Part shown: piece by piece, positions 28,771-38,233 of the stretch
How positions within the stretch are numbered: the stretch's first letter is position 1
How the letters are laid out: each line of letters starts with the position of its first letter
Source: an uncultured Desulfarculus sp.
GTDB taxonomy: Bacteria > Desulfobacterota > Desulfarculia > Desulfarculales > Desulfarculaceae
Reading direction: 5' to 3'
Length of the DNA stretch: 64,000 bases
Assembly: GCA_963665125.2 (NCBI GenBank)
Contig: CAXXUK010000001.1
Location: forward strand, 2,432,001 to 2,496,000
Notes under the pieces: model-generated
What the model was told of the DNA's origin: nothing
The model's database searches: none
What the model saw: the letters and a program-made list of their open reading frames with translations, nothing else
Program-made: the position numbers and the translations under genes

Positions 28771-29707
28771 GGGCCCCGCCCCGCACCTCGCCCGAGGCCC
28801 TGAAGCCGTCGCCCAGGACAGTGTTGGCCACTACCGCTCCGTCGGCCACAACCGAACCGGGCAACAGTACGCTGGCCGACACATGGGCGCCCTCGCCGAC
28901 AACCACCCCCGGCCCCACCGCGCAAAAGCCCTCCAGCCTGGCCGTGGGATGCACAAAGGCCGAAGGGTGCACGGCTATGGGACCGGCCGCGGCTATGTCC
29001 TCCAGGCCCGGCAACGCCTCGATGAGCAGATCCCTGTGTCCGGCCAGATAGCGCTGGGGGGTGCCCAGGTCGTCCCAATAGCCGTCCAACTCCAGCCCGG
29101 CCACCAGCCTTCCTGCCTTGATGGCTCCCCGCAGCCCCTGGACCAGGCCGCTGAAGCCGCCGGCCGGTAAAAAATCCAAAAGCTCCGGTGAAATGGCCGC
29201 GATGCCGCTGTAGGTCAGCCATTGCTCGGGCGCGGCCATGATGTCGCCGTAAAAACCATGCACCCGTCCATCCGGCCCCAGGGCCACGCTGTTGACCTCG
29301 GGCCAATCCACCAGGCCCAGGCATGCCACGGCCCCCGTATTTTGGAGATGGTCCATCAGCGGCCGGGGATCGGCCGAGCACAGCACGTCGGCGTTGACCA
29401 GGATGAACGGCCCGTGGCCCAGCTTTTGCCGGGCGGCCACCAGCCCGCCGCCGGTGCCCAGGATCTGCGGTTCATGGCTTTCCAGGACCTCCAGGCCCGG
29501 CGGGGCCAGACGGGGCAACTCCGCCCGGACCATTCCGGCCAGATGATGGGTATTGACCACCACCCGGGACGCCCCCGCTCCGGCAAGGCGGTGCAACCAG
29601 ATGGAAAGCAGGGGCTGGTTGTAAATCGGCATCAAGCATTTGGGACGCAGCCTGGTCAGGGGCAGCAGGCGGGTGCCCAAACCGGCGGCAAGAACCATGG
29701 CGCGCAT
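28763..29707 (-). CDS. Sugar-phosphate nucleotidyltransferase, MurU-like, with C-terminal hexapeptide repeats
   Basis: MRAMVLAAGLGTRLLPLT..PK, VNTHHL, ILGTGGG, WDDLGTP. Confidence 0.8.
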   Translation of the reverse strand: MRAMVLAAGLGTRLLPLTRLRPKCLMPIYNQPLLSIWLHRLAGAGASRVVVNTHHLAGMVRAELPRLAPPGLEVLESHEPQILGTGGGLVAARQKLGHGPFILVNADVLCSADPRPLMDHLQNTGAVACLGLVDWPEVNSVALGPDGRVHGFYGDIMAAPEQWLTYSGIAAISPELLDFLPAGGFSGLVQGLRGAIKAGRLVAGLELDGYWDDLGTPQRYLAGHRDLLIEALPGLEDIAAAGPIAVHPSAFVHPTARLEGFCAVGPGVVVGEGAHVSASVLLPGSVVADGAVVANTVLGDGFRASGEVRGGAHA

Positions 29708-29827
29708 GGAGATCCTCCTCTGTGCCAGGTATATCACATGCCATAATCGGCCGCCAATGCGCCTTGGGTCTTGACCAGCGGGACGTCATGAGGTTAATTC
29801 GTTGCAGGACGTTTTTTTGGGGAGAAC

Positions 29828-30619
29828 ATGGCCGCACGATTATTTCGCAGGGCCGTCTTTACGGCCGTAATGATTCTGTTGCCGCTGGTTTGCGGCTGTT
29901 TTGATTATGAACTGCACATGACCCTGCGCGGCGACGGCTCGGCGCTACTTAAGGAAACGCTAAGCGTGCCCAAGGCCATGGCCCCGGATCTGGCGCCGTC
30001 GGTGCTCAAAATCATACACATGCCTGATCCCACCCGACAGCGCATGGTCGACGACCAGACCGTGACGCTCATCGAACAGGTTGAGATATCCCGCCTGGAC
30101 CGTTTGACCATGTTCTTCGCCAAATTCAAGGTGGAGCGGGAGTTGGGCGGCCTGATGGAAATGACCGACGGCCTATACCGGGTCACCGTGCTGCTTTACC
30201 CCGGCCACGACACGGTCTACAGCCGGGTCCATTTTCCGGGGCGCAAGCTCGACGCTCCACCGCCGCCTCCGGCCTCCAATGACCCTGCCGAGCAGGAAGC
30301 CCGCGACCTGTGGGAACGCGCCCTGGAAGGCCATTTCGTGACCATTCGCCTGGACCTTCCCGGCGAAGTCAAGGAGGCCAGGGCCATCAACATCGGCCCA
30401 GTGCAGATCCGTCCGGAAGTCACGGAGGGCGAGGAAGGCCAGGTGGTTTGGAAGCTGCCCCTATCGGCGATGATCGCCGCCAACGCCCGCCAGGCGATGT
30501 ACCTGAGCTGCGATTACGAGGGCGAATACCAGTTCTCCAAACTGGTGCAGCAGGTGCAGCGCCAAAAGAAGATGCAGGTTCACAGCAATTTCCCGGGCGA
30601 GGATCCGGGTACGGAATAA
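29828..30619 (+). CDS. Putative lipoprotein
   Basis: Lipobox-like LVCGC followed by FDYELHMTLRGDGSA (LppM-like start); GGAG RBS. Confidence 0.65.
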   Translation: MAARLFRRAVFTAVMILLPLVCGCFDYELHMTLRGDGSALLKETLSVPKAMAPDLAPSVLKIIHMPDPTRQRMVDDQTVTLIEQVEISRLDRLTMFFAKFKVERELGGLMEMTDGLYRVTVLLYPGHDTVYSRVHFPGRKLDAPPPPPASNDPAEQEARDLWERALEGHFVTIRLDLPGEVKEARAINIGPVQIRPEVTEGEEGQVVWKLPLSAMIAANARQAMYLSCDYEGEYQFSKLVQQVQRQKKMQVHSNFPGEDPGTE

Positions 30620-30632
30620 AAGGCCCCAATCC

Positions 30633-31685
30633 ATGGACAGCAGGATCAATGAAGCTGATGTAAGGGCCACCATCGCCCAGTCAATGGTCATCGGCCTGGA
30701 AGGGCCGGAGCCCACAAACCGGGAATACTCCCTGGTGGGCGATACGGGTCTGGGCGGAGTGATCCTGTTCAGCCGCAACATCGAATCTCCGGCCCAGGTC
30801 TGGTCCATGAACTACCGGATGCGCCAGGCTGCGGGCATGCGCGAAAAGCCGCCGCTATTGGTCATGGTGGACCAAGAAGGCGGCTCGGTGGCCCGGCTGC
30901 ACGCGCCGTTCGTCGACGGCCCCGACCTGTGCGACATGGCCGATAAAAGCCCCGAAGATCTGTACGAACACGGCCGCAGGATCGGCGCCCAGCTTTTCAC
31001 GGCCGGATTCAACTTCAACCTGGCCCCGGTGGTGGATGCCCACGCCATCCCCGGCGGCATCATGGCCCGCCGCAGCCTGGGCCAGGACCCGGCCAAAGTG
31101 GGCAAACTGGCCGCGGCGTTCATCAGGGGCCAGCAGAGCGCCGGTTGCCTGGCCTGCGCCAAACACTTCCCCGGCCTGGGCCGCACAACGGCCGACAGCC
31201 ACAAGGACCGCCCCCTGGTGTCCCTGGCCATGGAAGAGCTGAAAGACGTGGAACTGCCGCCGTTCCGGGCCGCCATCGAAGCTGGCGTGGCCGGGGTGAT
31301 GGTTTGCCACGCCGTTTTCCAGGCCATCGACCCGGACAACCCGGCCTCGATTTCGGAAAAGGTAATCGGCGGTGTTCTGCGGGGAGAATTGGGCTATGCG
31401 GGCCTGGTCATCAGTGACGACATGGAGATGGGCGCCCTGGCGGCCCAAGGCCTCACCCCAGCCGAGGCGGCCGTAAAGGCCTACCTGGCCGGCTGCGATC
31501 TTATATTGATGTGCCACACCCCCGACGCGGCCCTGGAGGCCCTGGAGCGGCTGACCGACATGGTCATGGGTGGCGAGGTGGACCCCATGGTCCTGCGGGA
31601 AAAAGCCAGCCGCATCCTGGCCGCCAAGAAGCCCCTGAGCCACAACCCGCCCCACGCCAGCGAGCTCATGAAGGTTTTAGCCTGA
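30633..31685 (+). CDS. nagZ: Beta-N-acetylhexosaminidase (GH3)
   Basis: GGVILFSRN, DQEGG, KHFPGLG...DSH, SDDMEMGA. Confidence 0.9.
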   Translation: MDSRINEADVRATIAQSMVIGLEGPEPTNREYSLVGDTGLGGVILFSRNIESPAQVWSMNYRMRQAAGMREKPPLLVMVDQEGGSVARLHAPFVDGPDLCDMADKSPEDLYEHGRRIGAQLFTAGFNFNLAPVVDAHAIPGGIMARRSLGQDPAKVGKLAAAFIRGQQSAGCLACAKHFPGLGRTTADSHKDRPLVSLAMEELKDVELPPFRAAIEAGVAGVMVCHAVFQAIDPDNPASISEKVIGGVLRGELGYAGLVISDDMEMGALAAQGLTPAEAAVKAYLAGCDLILMCHTPDAALEALERLTDMVMGGEVDPMVLREKASRILAAKKPLSHNPPHASELMKVLA

Positions 31686-31700
31686 GCCGCATCACGGCAA

Positions 31701-32333
31701 TCAATCGAACATGGTGCCGCAACGCTCCAGGCTGACCAGCCTTGGCAGATCCTTCCAGGTCCACAGGACCATTACCACCTTGCCCCGGATGTCTTCCATG
31801 GGCACGAATCCGCCCGCTCCGTGGTTCCAATAGCGCGAGTCATAGCTGTTGCCGCGGTTGTCGCCCATCATGAAGTAATGCCGGGCGGGCACCATCACCG
31901 GGCCAAAGCTGCGCCGTGCGGCCGGGCGGCTATCGTCAACATGGGCCCAGGGGTCTTTCAGGGCCTTGCCGTTGATGAACACCCGCTGTCCCTCGACTTT
32001 CACAATCTCGCCGGGCAGACCGATGATCCGCTTGACGTAATCCGGGCCCGAACCGTCGGGGTTGGCGAAGACGACGATATCGCCGCGCTGGGGCTGGGAA
32101 GTTTCGATGAGCGTGTTGCCGATAATGGGCAGTTTGACGCCGTAGGCCATGGCGTTGACCAGCATCTGGTCGCCGATTTGCAGGGTCGGCAACATGGAGC
32201 CCGAGGGCACGTAATAGGCGCAGGCCACCGTGGAGCGCAGAATGGCGGCCAACACCGCCGCCCAGATCAGGGCGCTGAACATCTCCCGGACGGGACTTTT
32301 CTTGGGCTTGTCTTTTTTCTCGCGGCCGAACAT
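31701..32333 (-). CDS. lepB: Signal peptidase I
   Basis: VPSGSMLPTL (Ser), YVKRIIGLPG (Lys), MGDNRGNSYDSRYW. Confidence 0.92.
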   Translation of the reverse strand: MFGREKKDKPKKSPVREMFSALIWAAVLAAILRSTVACAYYVPSGSMLPTLQIGDQMLVNAMAYGVKLPIIGNTLIETSQPQRGDIVVFANPDGSGPDYVKRIIGLPGEIVKVEGQRVFINGKALKDPWAHVDDSRPAARRSFGPVMVPARHYFMMGDNRGNSYDSRYWNHGAGGFVPMEDIRGKVVMVLWTWKDLPRLVSLERCGTMFD

Positions 32334-32438
32334 AACCACCTCCGACAGCGCATGGGCGACAACCTCACGCGCGAATGGTAATTAAAGTGACTTTTCCAGC
32401 CGCTTCTTCTTTCCCGGCAAATAAAATAGCAGAAAAAT

Positions 32439-32466
32439 TAAAGTTCAACAAATCTTCTGCCGATAA
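32439..32466 (+). promoter_or_regulatory. Sigma28 (FliA/SigD)-type promoter
   Basis: TAAA(GTT)-N16-GCCGATAA about 30 nt before the FliD-like ORF. Confidence 0.7.
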
Positions 32467-32494
32467 CGTTAATGGAGAATAATGTCGGGAGGGC

Positions 32495-33805
32495 TTGTTG
32501 AGCGTCACCATCAAATACATGGGCCTAAAGGATGCGCCGATTCTGGTGACATCCCAAGGACGCATACCGGCAATACCCGTTACGCCGCCCGGCGGAATGG
32601 AGATCCGGGGAACACCCTCGGAGCTGGCCGAGGACGCGGCCAGGGGCTCGGTGTATGAGGCCGTGGCCCAGATCGAACAGGACCGGGTGCTCAGCCAATT
32701 GAAGACCCGTTTCAACAACCTGGCGGCCTCCATCAGCAACCTCGACGTGCCCGACAGAGGCCCCTTGGCCAGCGTGCGTACGGCTTCCAGCTCCACGCCA
32801 AACGCCCTAAGCCTGAGCGCCGACCGCGACGCCGCAGCCCCGGCCAGCTATGACGTGGAGGTGCAGTGGCCGGCCACCGGCGGCGTGGTCAAGGGCAACC
32901 TGAACAACCCCATCGGCGACGTCGAGTTGAGCGCCGGGACCTATGACTTCAGCCTGTTCATCGACGGCGTGGAGCACGAACTCAGCGTGGAGGTGGACCC
33001 CGGCGGCAAGGGGGACACCCACGAGGACCTTTTGGCCCGGATCGCCAGGGAAATAAACGGGGTCGATTCGCGGATTCACGCCGAAGTCGAACAGGGCTTC
33101 ATGATCGACAGCGGCAATGAATACGCGCCCCTGAACCGGGCCGTGCGCCTGAAGGTCAGCGGGCCAGAGGATGCCCAGGGGCCCGGCTTTTACCTGAGCG
33201 AAGACGCCAGCGGCGTGGTGGGAACCTACGGCTTGGACACGGGCCAGCCCGCCAGATCGGCCAGCGTGCGCCAGGGGGCCCAACTCCGCCAACAAAGCAC
33301 CAACACCCTGAGCCTGGACGGCGGCCACGTGACCGGCCAAATCCACGACAATACCGGCGGCACGGTGGAGGTGAAGGTTGAAAAAGGCCTGGAGCCGGTC
33401 TACGAACAGTTGCAGGGGATCATCGACCAATACAACGACATCGTGTCCTACATGGACATGCACTCCGACCTGCTGAGGCCCTCGCTCAAGGACCGGGTGA
33501 TCCGGCCCGGCGAGCAACAAGCAAAGACCATGCTCGATATCGGCCTGCGCATGACCGCCGGGGGCAACCTAAAGGACCAGGGCTTCAAGGACGCCGTGGC
33601 CAGGGACTACGACCAGGTCCATGAGACTCTTCTGGGCGACAACGGCTGGATCAGCAACCTGAGCAAAAAGGTGGATCAGATTCTGGACATGGACACCCAT
33701 TTCTGGGTGGAGGACCTGGAGCTGCAGAAGGGCATGACCCCCAACCAAAAGGCCTGGGCCCTCACATTCGACATCACCCAAAACATCGTCAACGGCTACT
33801 ATTAG
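32495..33805 (+). CDS. Flagellar filament cap (FliD)-like protein, divergent
   Basis: RTASSSTPNALSLSA...ASYDVEVQ (FliD_N-like), LARIAREIN, IIDQYNDIVSYM (FliD_C-like); sigma28 promoter upstream; TTG start after GGAGG is uncertain. Confidence 0.6.
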   Translation: MLSVTIKYMGLKDAPILVTSQGRIPAIPVTPPGGMEIRGTPSELAEDAARGSVYEAVAQIEQDRVLSQLKTRFNNLAASISNLDVPDRGPLASVRTASSSTPNALSLSADRDAAAPASYDVEVQWPATGGVVKGNLNNPIGDVELSAGTYDFSLFIDGVEHELSVEVDPGGKGDTHEDLLARIAREINGVDSRIHAEVEQGFMIDSGNEYAPLNRAVRLKVSGPEDAQGPGFYLSEDASGVVGTYGLDTGQPARSASVRQGAQLRQQSTNTLSLDGGHVTGQIHDNTGGTVEVKVEKGLEPVYEQLQGIIDQYNDIVSYMDMHSDLLRPSLKDRVIRPGEQQAKTMLDIGLRMTAGGNLKDQGFKDAVARDYDQVHETLLGDNGWISNLSKKVDQILDMDTHFWVEDLELQKGMTPNQKAWALTFDITQNIVNGYY

Positions 33806-33812
33806 CAGGCCG

Positions 33813-35147
33813 CTACCGACCGGACAGCATCCGTCCCAGCCGCCTGCCCAGGGCCAGGATCGTCAAGACCGTGGGTCTGTCCAGTGACTCGGGAAACACG
33901 CTGGCGTCGCAGACGTAGAGCCCCCTGGTGTCGGTGGCCAGGTCGCTGCCCAGCATATGGCCCACCCGCACCGTGCCGCTGGGGTGGGTGCCCCGCTGGG
34001 GTGTCATGAACATCGACGACCGGGGGCAGCCCGCCTTTTCCAGGATGTCGTGGCATATGGCCTCGGCGGCGTCCAGGCGTTGCTTGTCGCCGGGCGTCAG
34101 GGGCTTGCTGATGCGCCCGCCGGGCTCGATGCCGCCGCTGACGTCGTCCTTGAGCTTGATCATCAGGCCCATGACCTTGTTCCAGCGCAGCCAGTTGAAC
34201 GTGGGGCCGATTCCCCGGCGCACGGCTTGCATGGGATAGAGCAGCCAGGGGTCGGTCAAAGTGCTGAGCATGAACCCGGCGTCATCGTCATTGTACGACC
34301 AGGTCATGGGCGGCTCCTTGCCCGTGCCCGGCTCCTTGGAAAACCCGTAGACCATCACCGTGGTGTCCATGGTCAGGCCCCTGCCCGCGTCATCGAACCC
34401 GGAACCCTGCAAGATCCGGGGGCTGCCGATGCCGCCGGCGGACAAGATCACGTTTTGGGCCTCGGCCACGAAATCAGTCCCGCGGTGCCTGCCCTGCACT
34501 CCCTGGACCCGGCCGCCGTCGGTAAGCACTCGCTCAACCCTGGCCCTGGTCAGCAGCCGCGCCCCGGCGGCCACGGCCTCGTCGACCCACTCGGCCGCGC
34601 CCCACTTGGCCCCGCAACGGCAGCCCAGCATGCAGGTGGCCCGGCAGTCAAAGGGCTTGTCCAGGTTATTGCGGCGCTGGGGGTACATGAATTTGGGTTG
34701 GGCGTACCACTGCATTCCCAGCTCTTCGGCGGCCTGGGCCAGGCGGGTGGAGGCCGGCCCGCGCATCTCCGGCGGCAGGGGTTTGATGTCCAGTTCGGCC
34801 CGGATCTCGGCAGCCTGTGCCTCCACATCCAGGCCGTAGCGCTGTTTGAACCAGGGCGGCGGATCGGCGGCGCAGCCGGTGTACATGCTGGTGGCCCCGC
34901 CGACCATCTGGGGCACGATGATGTTGAGGCCCTCCTTGGTAAAAAGCAGGCTCATGTTCTGGCAATAGATCAACGCGCCGGGGTAGGTGCCGTAGTAAAA
35001 CTTGTCCCGGTGCTCCCCGCCGCGCTCCAGGATCAAAACGTCCTTGCCGGCCAGGGCCAGCTCCCGGGCCACCGAGGCCCCGCCTGGGCCCGAGCCCACC
35101 ACGATATTTTCGGCTTGAAGTTTCAGGGCCAACCTACCCCTCCCCAT
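33813..35147 (-). CDS. GMC-family FAD oxidoreductase
   Basis: VVGSGPGG, VGGATSMY, CxxxCMLGC, LSAGGIGSPRIL, HPSGT, YVCDASVFP...PTVLTI. Confidence 0.85.
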   Translation of the reverse strand: MGRGRLALKLQAENIVVGSGPGGASVARELALAGKDVLILERGGEHRDKFYYGTYPGALIYCQNMSLLFTKEGLNIIVPQMVGGATSMYTGCAADPPPWFKQRYGLDVEAQAAEIRAELDIKPLPPEMRGPASTRLAQAAEELGMQWYAQPKFMYPQRRNNLDKPFDCRATCMLGCRCGAKWGAAEWVDEAVAAGARLLTRARVERVLTDGGRVQGVQGRHRGTDFVAEAQNVILSAGGIGSPRILQGSGFDDAGRGLTMDTTVMVYGFSKEPGTGKEPPMTWSYNDDDAGFMLSTLTDPWLLYPMQAVRRGIGPTFNWLRWNKVMGLMIKLKDDVSGGIEPGGRISKPLTPGDKQRLDAAEAICHDILEKAGCPRSSMFMTPQRGTHPSGTVRVGHMLGSDLATDTRGLYVCDASVFPESLDRPTVLTILALGRRLGRMLSGR

Positions 35148-36522
35148 CCCCAGCCTGGGCTGGCGTTTTCAAGGCTTCCAAATCGGTCAGGGACCGGATA
35201 TCAACGCCCCTGGCGGCCAGCCAGCGCCGCCTAAACCAATAATAGGCCATACCGCTGACCGCAAAGGCAACGAAGGAACCGATTTTAAACGGCGTGCGCA
35301 GATCCACCAGAATCACCACGCCGAGAAAGGCCATCATCACGAAACCCACCACCGGGCAGGCGTAGTACCAAATGCCTTTCAGTTTGAACGGCGAGGCCTC
35401 ATAGGCCGCCGGGTGCAGCCCGCGCAGGCGCAGCGAGGCGATGAGAATGGGGAAAAAGACAATGATGGCGCCCAGGGAGGCGAACGAGGCCAGGGTCACC
35501 AGGGAGATGTCGCCCAAAATCCCGGCCACCGACAACGCCCAGACCACGGTGAGTAGCCAGTGGGGCGTGCCGAAGCGCCGGTTCAAGGCCCCGAGGCCCT
35601 TGGGCAGGATTTCGTCGCCGCAGATCATCATCAGGGATTTGGTGCCCACGATGAACAGGGCGTTGAGGGTCGTCAACAGGGCCAACACCGCCCCGCAGAC
35701 AATGAAATAGACCACGCCCGCCCGGCTCATCACCCTTTCGGCCACCATGAGCAGGGGCTCCCAAGACGCCTCGATGTCGACGATGGTCGCGTTGCCCATT
35801 GTGGCCACGGCCACGGCCACGTACAAGACCAGGACCACGGCAAAGGCTATGGCGAACGAGCGGGGGATGACCTTGCCGGGGTTGATGATCTCGCCGCCCA
35901 GTTCGATGACGCCGTTTGCCCCGAGATAGGTGAACGTCAACAGGGCCGTGCCCAATATAAGGTTTGAAAAGCCTTTTTGCATGACCCCGTCAAAACGGGC
36001 CGCCTCCAGGCTGCCGATGCCGTTGAAGCAGAACCAGGCCAGGGCCGACAGCAGCAGCAACACCAGCACGCCCTGAATCACCGCAGCCAGGCGCACGCCC
36101 AGCAAATTGACCACATACACAACCGTCACGATCAACACCGCCGTGGGCAGGTTGGGCAGGCCCGGCGCCAACGCCACGATATATTTGGTGCAGGTCAGGG
36201 CGTACAGGGGTATCTGGCCCACGAACGAGGCAAGGGCATAGACCCAGATGCCCAGAAAGGCCAGGGCCGGAGAAACCATGCGGCTGGGGTAGACGTAATT
36301 GGCCCCGGTGGTGGGTATGGCCGCCGCCAGCATGGCCATGGGCAACATGGAGATGAACACGGGAATCACGGCCAGGCCGTAGGCAATGGGCAAGGCCGGG
36401 CCACAGATATTGGCCACCACGCCGGTAAAGGCGAACACTCCGCCGCCGACCATGAAACCGATGGCGATAAACGTCACCGCACCCAGGCCCAGCACCCGCT
36501 TGAGGCCTGTTTGCCCGGTCAT
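35134..36522 (-). CDS. APC-family amino acid/polyamine permease
   Basis: LKRVLGL, GFMVGGGVF, FTYLG...GEIINP, about 12 hydrophobic segments; ATG overlaps the M14 stop (ATGA). Confidence 0.88.
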   Translation of the reverse strand: MTGQTGLKRVLGLGAVTFIAIGFMVGGGVFAFTGVVANICGPALPIAYGLAVIPVFISMLPMAMLAAAIPTTGANYVYPSRMVSPALAFLGIWVYALASFVGQIPLYALTCTKYIVALAPGLPNLPTAVLIVTVVYVVNLLGVRLAAVIQGVLVLLLLSALAWFCFNGIGSLEAARFDGVMQKGFSNLILGTALLTFTYLGANGVIELGGEIINPGKVIPRSFAIAFAVVLVLYVAVAVATMGNATIVDIEASWEPLLMVAERVMSRAGVVYFIVCGAVLALLTTLNALFIVGTKSLMMICGDEILPKGLGALNRRFGTPHWLLTVVWALSVAGILGDISLVTLASFASLGAIIVFFPILIASLRLRGLHPAAYEASPFKLKGIWYYACPVVGFVMMAFLGVVILVDLRTPFKIGSFVAFAVSGMAYYWFRRRWLAARGVDIRSLTDLEALKTPAQAGDGEG

Positions 36523-37424
36523 TGGGTCATATCCCCCGGACCGCCGAAGGCCCCCCGGATCAGGCCTTGCAGGGCCAAGAGCTGCCACCTGGTGCGGGTG
36601 CCCAGGTTGGCCGCCTTTATCGGGGTTTCAATGGTGAACACGGCCTGGGAGTTGTTGAGCCTGTAGTAATTGGCCAGTGACAGTTGCCGGGTCAGTTTCA
36701 TGTACCACAGACCCCACACCGGCGCGTCCACCAGGCCGTCATCCAACCTCAGCAGGGTCTTCCAGCGGTCGGGCTCGATGGGCGCTCCTTCCCGGCGCAG
36801 CTTTTCTATTGTCGCCCTGGCCAGGTTCTGGCTATCCCTGCCGTATTGGTACATGTAGAAGCCGTCGGCCTTGGGATCTTCATGCAGGTCCAGCATCATG
36901 TTGTAGTTATTGCCCTGGAGAAAGTCCTTCATGACGCGGGCTTCCTGGGTGTTGAACGAGGCGAAGTCGCGGTTGATGTCCCGGCCGTCCTTGTTGAAGC
37001 GCTTGCCATGGGCATAGCCCCAGGGGTTGACCACGGGGATGATGTCCACCGACATGTCGGCCAGCCTGCATTTACCCTCAACCAGACGGCGGACCATGGT
37101 GGCCACGGTCTCCAGGCCTGCGGGCTCATCGCCATGGACCACGGCATTGATCAGTATTTTTGGCGCCTTTGGGTCATTTGGCCTGTAGCGGACAACCATG
37201 ATGGGCTGTTTGAAAATGCCGTAGTCCACAATGCCGATCTGTTCCATATCAAGGCGCAGGGAGGCCAGGCAAAGCGCCCCCAACTCCACCCAAACCGCGT
37301 CGATGTCGCGCACCACCGGCGTGTTATCCGCAAACGGTTCCGTGTCGCCGCTGGCCCTGACGAAATAAAGGGCAACGCCCAGCGCCACGGCCAGGCACAA
37401 GACAATTATGAGCAGCTTCTTCAC
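36519..37424 (-). CDS. M14-family zinc carboxypeptidase/deacylase with N-terminal membrane anchor
   Basis: HGDE, PVVNPWG, DINRDF, LDLHE, FTIETP; GTG start after GGGGA. Confidence 0.8.
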   Translation of the reverse strand: MKKLLIIVLCLAVALGVALYFVRASGDTEPFADNTPVVRDIDAVWVELGALCLASLRLDMEQIGIVDYGIFKQPIMVVRYRPNDPKAPKILINAVVHGDEPAGLETVATMVRRLVEGKCRLADMSVDIIPVVNPWGYAHGKRFNKDGRDINRDFASFNTQEARVMKDFLQGNNYNMMLDLHEDPKADGFYMYQYGRDSQNLARATIEKLRREGAPIEPDRWKTLLRLDDGLVDAPVWGLWYMKLTRQLSLANYYRLNNSQAVFTIETPIKAANLGTRTRWQLLALQGLIRGAFGGPGDMTQ

Positions 37425-37495
37425 AGCATCCCCCAAATATCCCCCCAGTTTTGTGGATAGCATAGCAAATCACAAACGGTGATTACCATACTTAC

Positions 37496-38227
37496 TCATA
37501 AGGGGGCGTTGGTCATGCGTCCGGCTGCCGTCAAGCGGCCCAGGGTGGCGGCGCCCTGTTGCGCCATCAGGCTGATGATACGCTGAAAGATCATCGCCGT
37601 GACCAGGGCGTCGCCCGAGGCGATGTGCCGCTCGGGCTGGGCAATGCCGAAGTGCTCGGCCAGGGCGTCCAGACGGCATCTTTCGATGTGCCGGCTGATG
37701 CCGAAGGGGTCGGAGGGCAGGATGAATCGCTTGCACAACAGCACGGTGTCGATGACCAGGTTGTGCAGGCGCAAGCCGTAGCGTTCCCGCATGTGCCTGT
37801 TGAGGAAATGCAGGTCGAACCCGGCGTTGTGGGCCACGATTATGCCGTGGCCGATGTAGTCGATGAATTCGTCGAACACCTCGGCCTCGGGCCGGGCCGC
37901 GGCCAGCATATCCGGGGTGATGCCGTGGACGGTGACCGCCTTTGTGGGCATGCCCGGGCCGGGGTTGATCCGTTCGGAGAAGGCCTTGCCCAGGTGGATG
38001 CGGCCCTGGTTGATGCGCACCGCGCCCACGCTGATCACCCGGTCCCTGGTGATGTCGATGCCCGTGGTTTCCAGGTCCAGAACCACGAAGTCGCACTGAT
38101 CCAGGGGTGCCGAGGCCTTCAGTCCCCGGACCGCTTCCAGGTTGCGCCGGGCCAGCTCGGGCAGATCGCCCCGGCCCTGCATCCGGGCCATCAGCCGGTC
38201 GCGCAGTTTGAACCAGAAAAGCGACAC
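37496..38227 (-). CDS. DEDDh 3'-5' exonuclease (DnaQ-like)
   Basis: FVVLDLETTG, VHGIT, VAHNAGFD, IDT, RHIASGDA: all catalytic residues present. Confidence 0.9.
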   Translation of the reverse strand: MSLFWFKLRDRLMARMQGRGDLPELARRNLEAVRGLKASAPLDQCDFVVLDLETTGIDITRDRVISVGAVRINQGRIHLGKAFSERINPGPGMPTKAVTVHGITPDMLAAARPEAEVFDEFIDYIGHGIIVAHNAGFDLHFLNRHMRERYGLRLHNLVIDTVLLCKRFILPSDPFGISRHIERCRLDALAEHFGIAQPERHIASGDALVTAMIFQRIISLMAQQGAATLGRLTAAGRMTNAPL

Positions 38228-38233
38228 GGCTCG

